This document shows, piece after piece, positions 13,868 to 26,590 of a stretch of 64,000 bases of DNA (its first letter is position 1; each line of letters opens with the position of its first letter). The translations under genes and the position numbers were made by a program. Below the pieces are notes generated by a model. That model made no database searches, was not told where the DNA came from, and saw only the letters and a program-made list of their open reading frames with translations. Source of the stretch: Sphagnum compactum (Eukaryota); the NCBI GenBank assembly GCA_965153455.1, contig OZ234493.1, positions 9,476,213-9,540,212 of the forward strand, written 5' to 3'.

Positions 13868-15294
13868 CAAAATATGCCATCACAAAATTTCCTTCCTTCA
13901 TTTCCATGGAATTGAATTATTTTTCATCACCATTTGAGTTGCTTTATTAGTGAGTTGATAAACGCTTTAGAAATAAACCAAACTTCCTTTAATGATCGTA
14001 ATTTGGTTGCTTTCACAATTTAGAAGGATATCACACATTGCTTTTGCATCTTTTGTTTGCAATTATTTTGGATCATCTAAATCATCTAGTTGTTGTGGTT
14101 CAACCCCTATTACCACATTAAACAAATCATTTATGGAAAAAAAATTATATTTTACTTTTTCATATGAAATAATTTGTGTGTGATAAATTTTCAATTATGA
14201 TAGAATGATGTGCTACAGTAACTAAAGCCATGGTTAGGATTGTTTGTTATAACAAATTAATGCGATGGTCAAATAACTCTATGAATTTTGTGATGTGAAT
14301 AATCATTGGACTAGGTTATTATCATAAAATGTGAAGAATTATTATTCGTACATTACATCTTTAGTCTCATGTTTATTTTCTTTTCACCATGCTCTACCAC
14401 CATGTGAAAACCAAGAGTAGGAAAAAATAAGAAGAACAAGGATCTCCAAGATGATGTTTTTCCTGATGAATTCCAATGACGAGTAATAGAAATTGGTTTA
14501 TGGGGGATTTTCGGAAATCCTTCATATGGTCATCCATGGACCATTCCAAAGACAATTTCAGAAATAACTATCTCATTTTCAAGCATAACTCCTTCATTTC
14601 TTTCTTCACAATTATTTCCTTTTCCTATTAACTTTCTTAAGAACTACCACCATTTTATAACTACGTAATTCCCTATCCACCAACGTGGACATGAAAAAAC
14701 AAATTAACATGTGTCTTTTCATGTCCATGAAATGAATATTAATTTAAATTAAAATTGACATTGACATAAATAATGATGAATTATTGAAAAACTATATGAA
14801 AACACAAGAAAAACACAAGGGTTGATCGTCACTCACTCACGGTAGTGTGGAACTCAAATAAGAGTTGAAATTAAAGAAAACCTTCTTAACCAACAAACAA
14901 CATGATGGTTCAAATGTTTGTTCATAAATGACTATAAGTAGTATATGACGTTTGAGAACCTAATAATTTGACATCAAATCTACACAGATGACATTAACAT
15001 ATTTTTACAAATAAGCATACCCATATATCAACCCCAAATATATTCTTTTATCACCACTAGATGACCTCTCGCTAAATGCCATTGCCAATTACATGGCTAT
15101 AGATAAAACGGTAAAAAATACACAAGTTAGCCATAAAAGTTTATTTCTTTGTTATGAGCTTTGATGTTAATGAGTAGGTACCTCACTTGCTGGCCACTAG
15201 GGGAGTTAGATGCATGTGGACGGTTGGTACATAGCTAACCACTGTGGTTAGCTACAGGACAGGAATACGGTGGAAAAGGGATTCCATTCCACAC

Positions 15295-15454
15295 ACATTT
15301 GCTGCATCTTGTTATGGATGATCGCCACATTTGCTGCATCTTGTTATGGATGATCGCCACATTTGTTGCATCTTGTTATGGATGATCGCCACATTTGCTG
15401 CATCTTGTTATGGATGATCGCCACATTTGCTGCATCTTGTTATGGATGATCGCC
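15295..15454. repeat. Minisatellite, 5 x 32 bp
   Basis: Unit ACATTTGCTGCATCTTGTTATGGATGATCGCC at 15295, 15327, 15359, 15391, 15423; one substitution in copy 3; no spacers. Confidence 0.97.
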
Positions 15455-15927
15455 ACATTGGCTTCACAGACAAAAATTCCTTCAACACTGGAACCAAGTG
15501 GTCCAGGAGTGAACAAGAGTGGCAAAAATACATAAACATGTGTGTTGCCTGCATTTGGGTCTCATCACTTATTAGCTAGCTGATCATGAGCAAGCAAACA
15601 AGAGGCTGCATTTGTCAAAAGCTCTAGAAGCTGTGTTGATGTTCAACATACACCAAGGTCACTCACTACTACTCACTTGGCCCCGTGACTGGGTCATTGG
15701 CAATCATAGACAATGAATGTGCAATCTTTGAGTAACTTATTATGATTCCTGGCTGTTCCTTCTTTCATTCATTGCTGAAGTTTCAAAATCTGCTGCAATA
15801 ATATAATGTGGTATACACCAAATTGCAAAAACAACAATGAGCTTTTTTAGTGTCTGGAAGACTAGCATGACACGTTCTTAAGAGATCACCGTACGCTGTA
15901 GGCTGCAAGCTGCCTTTAAACAACAGC

Positions 15928-16027
15928 TGATGAGGAGTAAAAAAAAGGCTTGAAAGTTCCAAACAACTGAACTCAAAAAAAGTTCAGTTGTTTGGAACTT
16001 TCAAGCCTTTTATTTTACTCCTCATCA
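15928..16027. repeat. Near-perfect inverted repeat (46-bp stem, 7-nt loop)
   Basis: 15928-15973 is the reverse complement of 15981-16027 apart from one extra base in the A/T run; loop CAAAAAA. Confidence 0.95.
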
Positions 16028-16466
16028 TTTTGTACGCATTTGTTGCTTGGGAGCTGCTTTTTTCGTCTTCTTCTTCTTCATGTCTTCTTTGTTTTGAACT
16101 GTTATTATGCACAAATAGTGTAAAACTGCTTTCGGCTTTCCAATATGTGTATAATTGCTTTGGGTTGGTAAATATACCCATGTTTGCCATGCAATGCAAT
16201 GCAATGCAATGCAATGATGCCAGTCAAAGAAATGACTGCTTGCAATCAGTTAGTCACTTATTTGTAATCATTCACGCAAATCGTAAGACATAAATGGTCT
16301 ATCACTTTATTCAATTCATTTTTCCAGGTTTATGGGTGGGAGATGTGAGAGGAATTAGCATTGCACCTTGAATGTGTTTCATCCATCACTAAACATTGAA
16401 CCCCCTTACACCAAACACCCTATATTTTCCCCATTCCTTTACTGAATTGGGCAATTTCTTTGATGT

Positions 16467-16652
16467 TGAAAGCGCTACGTGCAGGGCTACAAAGTTCTTT
16501 GAGCTTCAGAAGCAGAGGAACAATGTGAGAGGATTCAACCTCCTTTGAGTTCTTAAAGGCTGAAAGCGCTAGGTGTAGGGCTACAAAGTTCTTTGAGCTT
16601 CAGAAGCAGAGGAACAATGTGAGAGGATTCAACTTCCTTTGAATTCTTAAAT
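16467..16652. repeat. Tandem duplication, 2 x about 94 bp
   Basis: TGAAAGCGCTA..GGGCTACAAAGTTCTTTGAGCTTCAGAAGCAGAGGAACAATGTGAGAGGATTCAAC starts at 16467 and again at 16561. Confidence 0.93.
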
Positions 16653-17096
16653 GTTTCCCTCGACGACCTATCTACCCTAAACAGTTCCCAATTGCCTTTG
16701 TGAAGAAAACCCACTTCCCTTCCCCTTTAGAGATCACTGAACACCTTCATTTCATGAACAACCACCCCCTTCCCCCAATTGATGTAGACTCTCCAGTCAG
16801 CACGCCATGTAGAGCCTATGATCACACAATGCATTATGACCCAAAAATAGTTTGAGAATAAAATAAAATTCTTGATTGCTACATCAATTCTAAATTTCCA
16901 AAGAAATCATATATTGACTTGTTAGGTGCTTATGAGTTAAGATATTTTGCAATGTCCTGCACAAAAGGCGACGAGTCACACTTGTGTTCTGAATGTGCAT
17001 GATCAATGGGGATTCAAGAATCTCTCTTTCATGACAAGAAAAACCAAAAGGCAAGGAAGGGAGGAAAAAGCCCATCAAGCCCAACTCATAAAACTC

Positions 17097-17099
<3 letters not shown>

Positions 17100-17135
<36 letters not shown>
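17100..17135. repeat. (GA)n microsatellite
   Basis: Direct reading. Confidence 0.95.
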
Positions 17136-17138
<3 letters not shown>

Positions 17139-19512
17139 ACTAATAAGAACCTCATAGAGGTGTGTTGGTAATGACACACATAGCCAAAGGACAACTGAAT
17201 AATCTGAAGTAGCTCAAGTTCCTGGCTAATTTTTTTTGGCTGCCAGTGTGTAGCTTCAACAAAGAGGACTTTGGAGAACTCATGGGAAGCAATCAAAATG
17301 CTCAATTCTTGTCTGATATGGAAAGGGTTGCACTTTTGTCAGATGCTTTTCACCAACTGAAGGCCTCCTCCAAGCTTTTTTTTTTTTAAGGGTTTTTTTT
17401 TTATAGGGATGATCAAGTGGTGTTTTGATTCATACCCACCAGAGCACTCTAACAAGCAGCATATACTGAAAATGATGCTTTTCACATTTTGTCATTCACT
17501 TTCTTTTCCCTTTTGGTGCCACATCTTTCAATTTTGAGCTGGTGATCATCCATAAGCCAATTTAGCCAAATTTGATTATTTACTAGATATTAATATATAT
17601 TTTAGCTATATATTACAGGCTATTTGAACCATGTGTAGAAATTTGGAGATTTTTTTTTTAAAATTAAAAATTATTTTTTGGAAAAATGGCAATTAAAAGT
17701 TTTTTTTCCCCCCCAAAAGTCATTGAATTGGGAGCAACAATTTTTCTAAATTTTGCAATAGTGCGAAATTTCACACAAACACAAGAAGTTGTCCTGCACT
17801 TTTACATGTTTTGAGATTAATGTTTAGGATGATTTCCTGGTGTTTCTTTTCCTCATTTACAAATTTTTCAAGTTTAAGTGTTAACATTGTGATCATCTTG
17901 CAATTCCTAGCATTGTGTTATGTTCTTGCCTTGTTATTTTAAAAACTTGCAACTATCGATGAAAAGTTTAAGGTGTCATATTCTTATTTTTTTTGCAAAC
18001 TATAATCTCCAAAGGATAATGGACTATGAGGATATTGCACTTTAATTTACATTTACATGACGAAAAAAATTTAGATGACATTGTGTAAATGTAAATGATT
18101 TACACTTTACATAGCGTGTAAAATGGCTATTTGCGCTTACATGCACAACATTTGGTAACTACCTTTGTAAATAAGTATGTAAATAAATACATAGGGGATG
18201 CAAGTGGTTACAATGTGAGTAGATAAGTAGGTAAGGGCGTTCGTGATTAGTAAATAAGCATATGTATGTGGATGGTTTGGACGAATGTTGCATGATTCTT
18301 CCTTTATAAAACAACCTTTGATCCTAGTTTTGACACCTTTATTGTTTTGGAGGTTCGTTCTTTTGTTGTGAGTTTGAACATAGTTTTTCTAATTTCTAAA
18401 CCTTTCAATTTCAATTCAAGCATATATTTTCAAATGAAAAAAACCTACAAGCCTGGTTTAAAATTGAGTTTGATTCCATGCATACATTATAATGCTAGAG
18501 AAAGTGTATAGGTGTAGGGTAAGGCACCACCTTGAAGGGTTTCACAAGTGTAAGCTCTTGGGAAAGTGAAAGGGGTGAAAACTTGTGAATGAAAGGGATC
18601 CTTTACCATGAGTAGAAAAAACTAGAGAATGGGTTACACTTTGCATGGTATCCTTGGACAAGGAATTTGCCAAGCATGAAGACCTGTTTTAATTTTCTTT
18701 TTGCACACAATATGGTGAGTAACATGAGAAAACACATTAAAAAATGAAGGGCATTTAAAAAAATGGAATGCTTACCCAATCTTTGAAAAATGAAATGCCC
18801 CCTACATTGGAGGGCCATAACTTTCAACTTATTTTCATATAAGTAATGATTCAAAAGCCTATCGAAGCATTCAAAGTTGAGCCATAAATTATATTTAGAC
18901 TTCATTATCATCTACATTTTATTATGACACCACCATCTTTTAATACATTAAATGTTCACTTGTAAACATGTTTAACCTATTCAAAGATGAATTAAACATT
19001 TTGATTGTTGCATTTTGATGTTGTATTTGAACTCAAAAAAATGTTTTCAAATTCCACAATCTAGACATTTTCCTTCCTTTTAAATAAAGTTAAAAAAAAT
19101 AAATACCCATTTTTAACCTCACAAAGGGATATATGATAAGAAGGTGCCCATACCCTACCCCTATATATTTTTAAAGTCTTTGTATACCCAAACCTTAACC
19201 TGATGAAAATTTGAAGTGCTAATATATCTTGACCCGATGGATAAATAAATAAAATATATATACACCCTTACCCAAGGATATATTAAAAACAACATACTTG
19301 CACAACATTGGTTTTAATTGCCAAAAATGAGGAAAAAAAATAAAAAATCACCAAATTTCTATACTTGGTTTCTATACTTTTCCATGTGTAGCCATGAATA
19401 TATAAGGTTGATTAAAAAAATTGTATTTCACATCTGGTTTATACAATGATTTGTCAAGGTCTTTCTAAGTGTGATAACCATTTTTTCCCTATAACTTTTG
19501 TTTCTGAATTAA

Positions 19513-19881
19513 GAGCATCCCCAGCTGTGCTCGATATGTGATCTAAAATTGGATGAAGAAAATCCAAAGTATGCTGGTTTGGCTCAAGAAAATGGTTTTT
19601 TGGCTAGGCACAATTGCAAATGTTGCCATGGCTGGTAAAAGGCGCAGCAGCAATGTGCACCAGCAGAAAAGAGTGTAATAAATATGATCTAACTGCTGCT
19701 GAGTGTTTCTGATCGGCTCATCATAATGATTGGTCCTGGTGGTTTGCTATTAGTAGTCCACCACCTATTTGCTGTCCCAGTTTCAGTTTTATGGGTGGGG
19801 GTTGCAAAAGAGTACATAACTAAACTTGGATGTGAAAAATATTTTAGCAAGGTCACATACTGAGCACCCCTGGAGATGCTC
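19513..19881. mobile_element. Tourist-like (PIF/Harbinger) MITE, 369 bp
   Basis: Imperfect 29-bp TIRs: GAGCATCCCCAGCTGTGCTCGATATGTGA versus reverse complement GAGCATCTCCAGGGGTGCTCAGTATGTGA; TAA on both flanks (19510-19512, 19882-19884), the typical Harbinger TSD. Confidence 0.85.
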
Positions 19882-20714
19882 TAAGGGCAATATCTCTTGA
19901 ACTAAAAAGTTGTGCTTACTATATACTATTGACTATACCCTAAACCCATTATAAACTAGGGTTATTTATAAATCTCGATATGGCCCACTTATGTAGGTTC
20001 CAAGAGGACATCATTGAGCAAAGCATATGGAACAAAGGGAGTCGTTGTTGGAACATGATGGGGAACACATTGGGAACTTTGTGAAAATGTTGAGAACTAT
20101 ACTAAGAAGGCTGAGAACTTGATGGGAACACATTGATAACAACAAAATTTCAAAAAAATCCCTCCCCACACTTTCTTAAGAAAGTAGGTGTAAGAACCAA
20201 ACTCCCTCTTATGCGGCCTCATGATCGATAGTATTCATATATACCGTAGCACAAGGGCAGCTTCAACACATGTTTGCTGAATAGTTAATTAATTAAAAAG
20301 GTTCTATTTTGAAAGACTATTTTCCAATATCTCAAAAATCCTTCGTTTTCTTTGTAAATTTTAATTTTTCTTTTGAGAAAAGTAAAAAAATTGAAATTTT
20401 CAGTATTTCTAAAAATGATAGAATTTTGTGTCTAGCCTGCCCAAGGCACTTATGATAATGCTCACCTTGTGCTTGACCTTGTGCTTGGGTAAAGCCCATG
20501 GGTGGGGAACATTTCCAAAACGTAGGGCCCCTTATGGAACTATTGTCTTGTAGAAAGCCCCTTATTTTTGGAATGCACCCACCTTGGGGCTTTTACCACA
20601 CACATAATTTCCCATCTGCAGTCACATAGGGATCTTACAAAAGCATAAGGGTTTTTTTTTTTTTTACCGGGTCTTTGTAAGATTCCTAAATTTGAAAATG
20701 TTCATTTTGTTATG

Positions 20715-20863
20715 GAAGGAACCCCATTAAGGCTCTTCCTGGATTTGAGGGCCCTCGGTCAGGCCCTCAATTCCAGTCCGAGGGCTCTCTAATGCAGGAA
20801 GAGCCTTAGTGGGGCCCTCGGCCTGGCCCTTAGATCCAGGAAGAGCCTTAATGGGGCTCCTTC
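20715..20863. mobile_element. Short palindromic MITE-like element upstream of the pyrophosphatase gene
   Basis: 39-bp terminal inverted repeats (GAAGGA(A/G)CCCCATTAAGGCTCTTCCTGGAT..AGGGCC, 3 mismatches) plus an internal partial third copy; no clear TSD. Confidence 0.65.
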
Positions 20864-22651
20864 ACACTGGCAGACCTAAGCGCAGTCTGGCGGAAACAAG
20901 GCCTCGTCGTCGTCGTCCAGGTCCCAAAGGGAGATCCCCAATAATTTCCAAAAGCTCAATTCCTTGGGTTCAGGAAGAGGCAAAGTTTCACTCGCTTCAC
21001 GCGGGTATTCCTTACGACTCATGAGGCGTGTGTTTCCTGTTGCTGCTGCTACTAACGTAACGACGCTCTTCTGTGCTTTCTAAAGACCCCACCACTAACG
21101 CACGACGCATCGTTGCGGGAGCGAAAAGGAAACAACAACAACCACCAAAAAAAGAAAAAAGGAGAATCAAAAGCTCGTTGTAGCAACGTACATAACAATA
21201 AGAGCAATTTTTTTAGCGGCTGAAGTTTCTTGCTTCGCTTCGACTTCTTTCGACTTCTTTATCATTCTGCATCGGTTCCTGCTCTTTTGTATTTGTTTCT
21301 TTGTTCACTCGCTTGCATTGCGGCAACAAGAAACGCCACAAGCGGAAAATTTTGCAGCGGTCGGTAGCAGCGAAGGCCGTTCTGTAACGATAAGGTTGAT
21401 CTTTGGCTGCTGCTTCTTCGATTTTGACTTCGACTTTTGTTTTGTTTTATCACTATCAGCATATCGGTTTCTTTCTGCGTCCTTTTGGTTTTTTGTTTAC
21501 TCGTTCTTTTTCAGACGGCAAACAAACTGCTTTTGCTGGTCGCGGATTATCTGTCTCCAGGTCTGTTGACCACCAATCGTCATTGTCATTATATTACTGC
21601 TGCTGCGGCTGCTGTTGCTGTGTCAAGGTTGTCCTTCTGCTTCCTGGATCTGGTTCGGCGAGTGTTTGAAAATTTGAGTCTTGAGTAAGCCAGATCCTGA
21701 TCTTTGAACAAAGTTTTATGATGTCGAGATCTGTGAGGGAGTTTTGTGGTCGCGTTTGGATGACTATAAGTAGGCAGGTTTCGCATTCATGTGGACTAGA
21801 AGGCATCGGTTTTCTTTTGCTGAAAGCGAAATTCTTCCTCTTGAATTATTCTATTTTCCTATGATGAGAGTGTGATGAAGGAGGTCGGATTTTCAAAGTA
21901 TTTCGGTGTGTGTAAATCATCGGTTTCATTTTGGAATTTGTGCTTTGCACTGTGACGAACTTCTTCTGTAGCATGATGCTACTTCGATTCACTAAAAGGA
22001 GGTGCATCGGTTGCGGGGAGGAGAATGAGTCGCAGGTCTGGAGTGAATTAGGCGGGCCATGACTAGATCGCCATTGAAAACTCGCGTTTCGATCCATAGC
22101 GGGGATCGGCGTTGCTCTAAAGCTCAATAATGTAGCCAGACTTTGGTCAAGGCCTCTGTGTATGTGTGCGCAATTGACGAGTTTCTACAATTATTTATTT
22201 TGCAGGACTTTGCAACGTCCCTTAAGGACGCGTCTCGTGTCTGCGTGTGCTCCTTGTGCTGTTCAAGAAGCGGCGAGGGTAAGCCTATTTTGTTCGCAAA
22301 TTTTGTTGATTTCCTTCTCATCGCATCTTCAAGTTTAGCAGATTAAGCAATTTCTGATAATATGTGAAAAGTCTAGATCTGCATTTATGTGCACTATCAA
22401 GAAGAGCATTTGTCCGAACGCACAAAAGCTTGGAGGACGCAGCCGCACGATGCGCGTTCCCTGTCGTAATAACAGGAATACAAGCTCGGGATGTAAGTGC
22501 ATCTCGTGAGTCTCATGAGGAAGGAACACTTACTGTCTGTAAGAGAAAGACCTCATTCTTGCCTTCTTTTTTTCATTTTTTAATGAAGGGCTGAGAGCTC
22601 TGCATAGAGCAGCCACACAGGCGTGACCAGATTCGGCCCCAGTTGTCCATT

Positions 22652-25185
22652 ATGACCACTAACGCAGCTCCTCCACCAGCTGCTGTTTCCCTGAAACAGC
22701 GGCTGCCGGCACGGATCACCCCCGTCGCCGATTACAGTAATTTGTCCATGGACAGGCGCTCAGTTGCAGCACATCCATGGCATGATCTCGAAATAGGTGA
22801 GTCTCCTCTCACTGCGTGGGCATAAGTTATGTGTAGCGTGTGTTCCACACTTCCATAACGACCGTTCCATCTCTTTCTGTATGCCACAATCCATGTTTCA
22901 ACGATCAATGGAGTCCTGCCAGGATGGTTTGCATTGATCACAAGTCTCCTGGATCTGGTGGTGCAGTTTTGGCGCGCCAGTTCTGTGCAAGCTGTAGAAA
23001 GCCCTGTCTGTCTCTCTGAGCATGTATTCTAGTATGCGCATGATCGTTTTCGCTTTCCCTTACGTGAATGGGGTGCTTGATTGGTGTGCAGGACCAGAAG
23101 CACCAGCGGTGTTCAACTGTGTGAGTTCCTCTGCTTAGCTCTCTTGCAAGCTGTAGATACATTGTGAAGCCCCCTCCAGAGGGACTTCTGGGCAGTAGCT
23201 AAGGTTTAGGGTTTAGGGTCTCAATTTTCAGATTATGAGGGCTTGATGAACCTACTTAGAGAGGTTATGGAATGGAATAAAAGTCTTGAATGACAGGAAT
23301 GCCCAGATTTGCTGAGTGGGGGGGACTCTACAGCTCCTGCTGTGAAGAATCTTCTGACCTGATAATGTAAATGGCAGGTGGTGGAGATTGGAAAAGGAAG
23401 CAAGGTGAAATATGAGCTTGACAAGAAGAGTGGTCTCATCAAGGTATACTGTCTCTACTCTGAAGTTTTGAAAGCCTGCACACTCCTCCACCATCATGCT
23501 GATAATTGTTGTGCTTCCTCAATGATTACTACTGTAAAAAATCCAAATTGTCATTTTGATTTCCTCTGTGGTGGTATGGTTTTTGTTGTGCAGGTTGACC
23601 GTATTTTGTACTCCTCAGTTGTCTACCCTCACAATTATGGCTTCATTCCACGTACCCTCTGTGAAGACAATGACCCCATTGATGTCCTCGTCATCATGCA
23701 GGTTTCATCTTTTCTTCCCCTCTGACTGTTGACCACTGGAGAGTTTTCTCCCATTATAGTACTGGAGAGGAGAAAGACCCCTGGAATCTTTCAGGCAGAC
23801 ATGAAGATTGCTCGAGGTTTTGGGAGATTATGTACATATTATCTTGCCGTAAGCAGATTCCCTTCTAGATGATTTCATGGACTAATGTAGCCAGAATTGC
23901 TTCTGTTTTCAACAGGAACCTGTTCTTCCAGGGTGCTTCCTTCGAGCAAGAGCAATTGGCCTCATGCCTATGATTGATCAGGTGATTTGTCAACTAATTT
24001 GCATGGCACTGATGTTCCATTCCTGCTATGAAATTACCTGTTGCCTGTGTCTCTGGTGACTAAATTCCACATTGTTCAAAGGGTTGCATTCCAATGAGTT
24101 TCGTTTGTTCCCATAAATCTAAAACCAGGCCTAAGACACTACACACTGCAGAGGTGGCTCTTTTTTGGACATGAATGGATTCCTGATGATTTTCCACAGC
24201 ATGCAATGAGTCCACAACATAGAAAGACATCTTTTTTGCTGTCCTGAGCCAAGGTCCTTATTTCTAGCACTTGCTGATTGCTCCAATCTGAATGGCAGGG
24301 AGAGAAAGATGATAAAATCATAGCTGTCTGCGCTGACGATCCAGAATATCGTCACTACAAGGATATCAAAGAGCTTCCACCTCACAGGCTTGCAGAGATC
24401 CGTCGATTTTTTGAGGATTGTATCCATTGCTAATTTATGTTCTGGGTTCAATGAGTTTTGAACTTTCTGTGACCAACTCAGGTACAGGAAGGGATGCACA
24501 TAGTGATAATTTGCTGCTAAAAGCTTGCTTCCATAAGTGACATTCATTCCACAGAGATGTGATTGATTTATGATAGTATGTGGTCTGGAATGGATCGGAA
24601 ATTAGTATGGCTTTACTATGCAATGCCTTCTATATGTCAGTGGGGCTCCTGATCAGAGGGGTTCCTGATATAAAGCTGTGGACATCTCTCCTTGGTTATG
24701 TTGACCCTATATTGACCCTGTTGAGGCTGTACCAGGGCTAGTTCTGCTAGGCAGAAAAATGAGTTGCATCCTGCAAAGCTTTTCTCCTTGACTAATTCCA
24801 CAGACAAAAAGAATGAGAACAAGGAGGTTGCTGTGAATGACTTTCTGGGTGCTGAAAGTGCTGTCGAAGCCATCGGCCACTCCATGTAGGCCTCAAACCT
24901 GTATATCCCCCATGAAACATTTTTCTTGAGTTTTGGATACTGCAAAGAAATGTGTGTGATTGTGGGCACTGATTTGGCATGTGTTGTCTCTTTACTGGTA
25001 CAGTGTAGTCTGTTTCTACTAGGTGTCTGAGAGGTCAAGTAGCAGGGGCTGCAACTTGCATGTCTTTCCTGACAGGAGGAGATAGTTGATACATCTTAGC
25101 AATAGACAGTGTACTGACTTCATCATGTGGTGTTTTGTCCAGGGATCTTTATGCTTCATTTGTTGTGGAAAGCTTGCGACGATAG
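22652..25185 (+). CDS. PPa: Soluble inorganic pyrophosphatase (family I), 8 coding exons (22652-22796, 23092-23120, 23378-23443, 23594-23701, 23916-23981, 24299-24419, 24804-24885, 25143-25185)
   Basis: Spliced product: [156 protein letters not shown]. Probable non-coding 5' exon(s) from about 21.2 kb (donor at 21685). Confidence 0.97.
24420..24803 (+). other. Probable U12-type GT-AG intron in the pyrophosphatase gene
   Basis: Donor GTATCCATT; branch-site-like TCTCCTTGAC about 11 nt before CAG; removal restores FFED-Y-KKNE. Confidence 0.8.
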
Positions 25186-26590
25186 AGGGCTTGCTGTTTT
25201 CAGTATATGAGGAATGCCCAGCACATGAAGGCTGCTGATCACCTAGCTTAAATTAAAGGGCCCACACCTGTCTATCCAAGATTTTTCCTCTGACTGAGGT
25301 GGGCAAACATCCAATAGATATGAAATAGCAAGGAGCATAACTGTTAAGCTACTCCTGCTTAGTGAAGCACTAGAGCTTTTCAACCATTTTTTTGGCTACC
25401 AAGAGTGCCACTGTGTATCAACCAACACTCAATACATATGTTCTTCCTTCATTGCAATTCTGGTCTGTAGTCAGCATGTCCACTGTGCCTCCAGTTTTTT
25501 GTTGAATGTGTGTTTGACTACATAACTCTGATGGGGCTGTCCCAGAGATGTCCTGGAGATGCTGATGTGCCAACTCTCTTCAATTTTGGAAACAAATTGA
25601 ATCAAGCCTATTCAATAGAGTATCTCATGTGATTTGTTTCTTTCAGAAAATCACAGGGAAAGGAGGAATGCTTAGGATGCGAATGTGGGGGACATCACTG
25701 GTGGAAGGAGTAACATGATGCCATAGTATCTATGAGTGATGACCCGAAGCTCTCCTTCACTGTAGCACATGGCTGAGCTTCACACAACTTGAACATGCAC
25801 TCTTGATGACAGAAAGCTCAATTGCTGTACTGTCAAGACCACAGGAGGCAGTCCTCCAGTCATTTGCAGCCAGGCCAGCACCAACTACTTCACTCCCACC
25901 CTCTGTTTGCAGCACCTAATAAAAAATTCCTTAAATCTCCAACTAAAACTTGGTCCTGTCTTCCTGAAATTTGGGCTGCAATTTTTCTTTCCAAGGATCT
26001 AACACACAAAAGACTCTCTTTCACAGATGTGCGGGGTCGGTGGATGACAATACGGAATGAGTTTTACTCACTAACACACATGCGGGGCCTATAACTGGAG
26101 TTCATGCAATCAAAGACTTCACAAATGGGTAAGTACCACATCTGCAAATTCTACAAAATGTGAAATGGTTTGGATTATACCTTTCAAGAATCTTAAGAAT
26201 TTTACCCGTCATCAGAAAAACAGTAGAGGTACCCACTAGCCACCAGTGTTGGGCATGTAAGTCTTTTACCGTCATATACACATGGGTATATATATAAACC
26301 ATCCACTGTAATTGAACTAACATGACTTGTTGAATGTGAATGTCTAAAACACCATCATATTCTTAAGGCAATAATAAGAACATTGACAATTTCCAAGGAT
26401 GAAATGATCCAAGAAAACTTGTCAACTGCATCATTGGTGTTCATTCTTGTTGACAAAGTTGCATCTAAGATGGTTTCCAAGATGACAACGTTGACAATTT
26501 CCAAGCAGGAAATGAACACCAATGATGGAGTTGGCAGCTGACGTCCTTAAACACAAATTGGTTGAATATAATGTCAACAATTTTTTGCCA

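Larger units (their letters stand above)
8770..14150 (-). mobile_element. Second degenerate Ty1/copia element on the minus strand (gag, Zn knuckle, protease, integrase, start of RT), interrupted by insertions
   Basis: Minus-strand reading: gag UBN2-like MEMKEGNFVMAYFETFQSMLNQM..EEAIMQLLQS (about 13.78-13.91 kb); degenerate knuckle CDVYGKEGH (about 11.64 kb); protease WYVNFGASQH (about 11.46 kb); WH*RYGH (about 11.1 kb); LVHFDLVGP (about 10.93 kb); HLKTFGCLVYVHVPKE..KCLFVGY..SKDVMFDE (10.29-10.47 kb); RT start EINSIKKNGTWEYVDLPKGKKPI (about 8.83-8.90 kb). Confidence 0.85.

Noticed and set aside
15295..15454. CRISPR-like 32-bp repeats
   Set aside because: Units are directly adjacent with no unique spacers, no cas genes, and the context is a plant nuclear genome.
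15927..16005. Hammerhead ribozyme (CTGATGA..GAAA..TT)
   Set aside because: Core words are present, but stem II lacks the conserved G-C pair and stem I cannot form; the sequence is better explained as one long inverted repeat.
21428..22654. Non-AUG N-terminal extension of PPa via splicing 21684 to 22621
   Set aside because: The frame is open only if that acceptor is used; the acceptor with the better pyrimidine tract (22588) brings an in-frame TGA, there is no ATG, and T-rich UTRs are often open by chance.
23204..23219. Telomeric repeats TTTAGGG x2 in a PPa intron
   Set aside because: Too short to indicate an interstitial telomere; such motifs are common.
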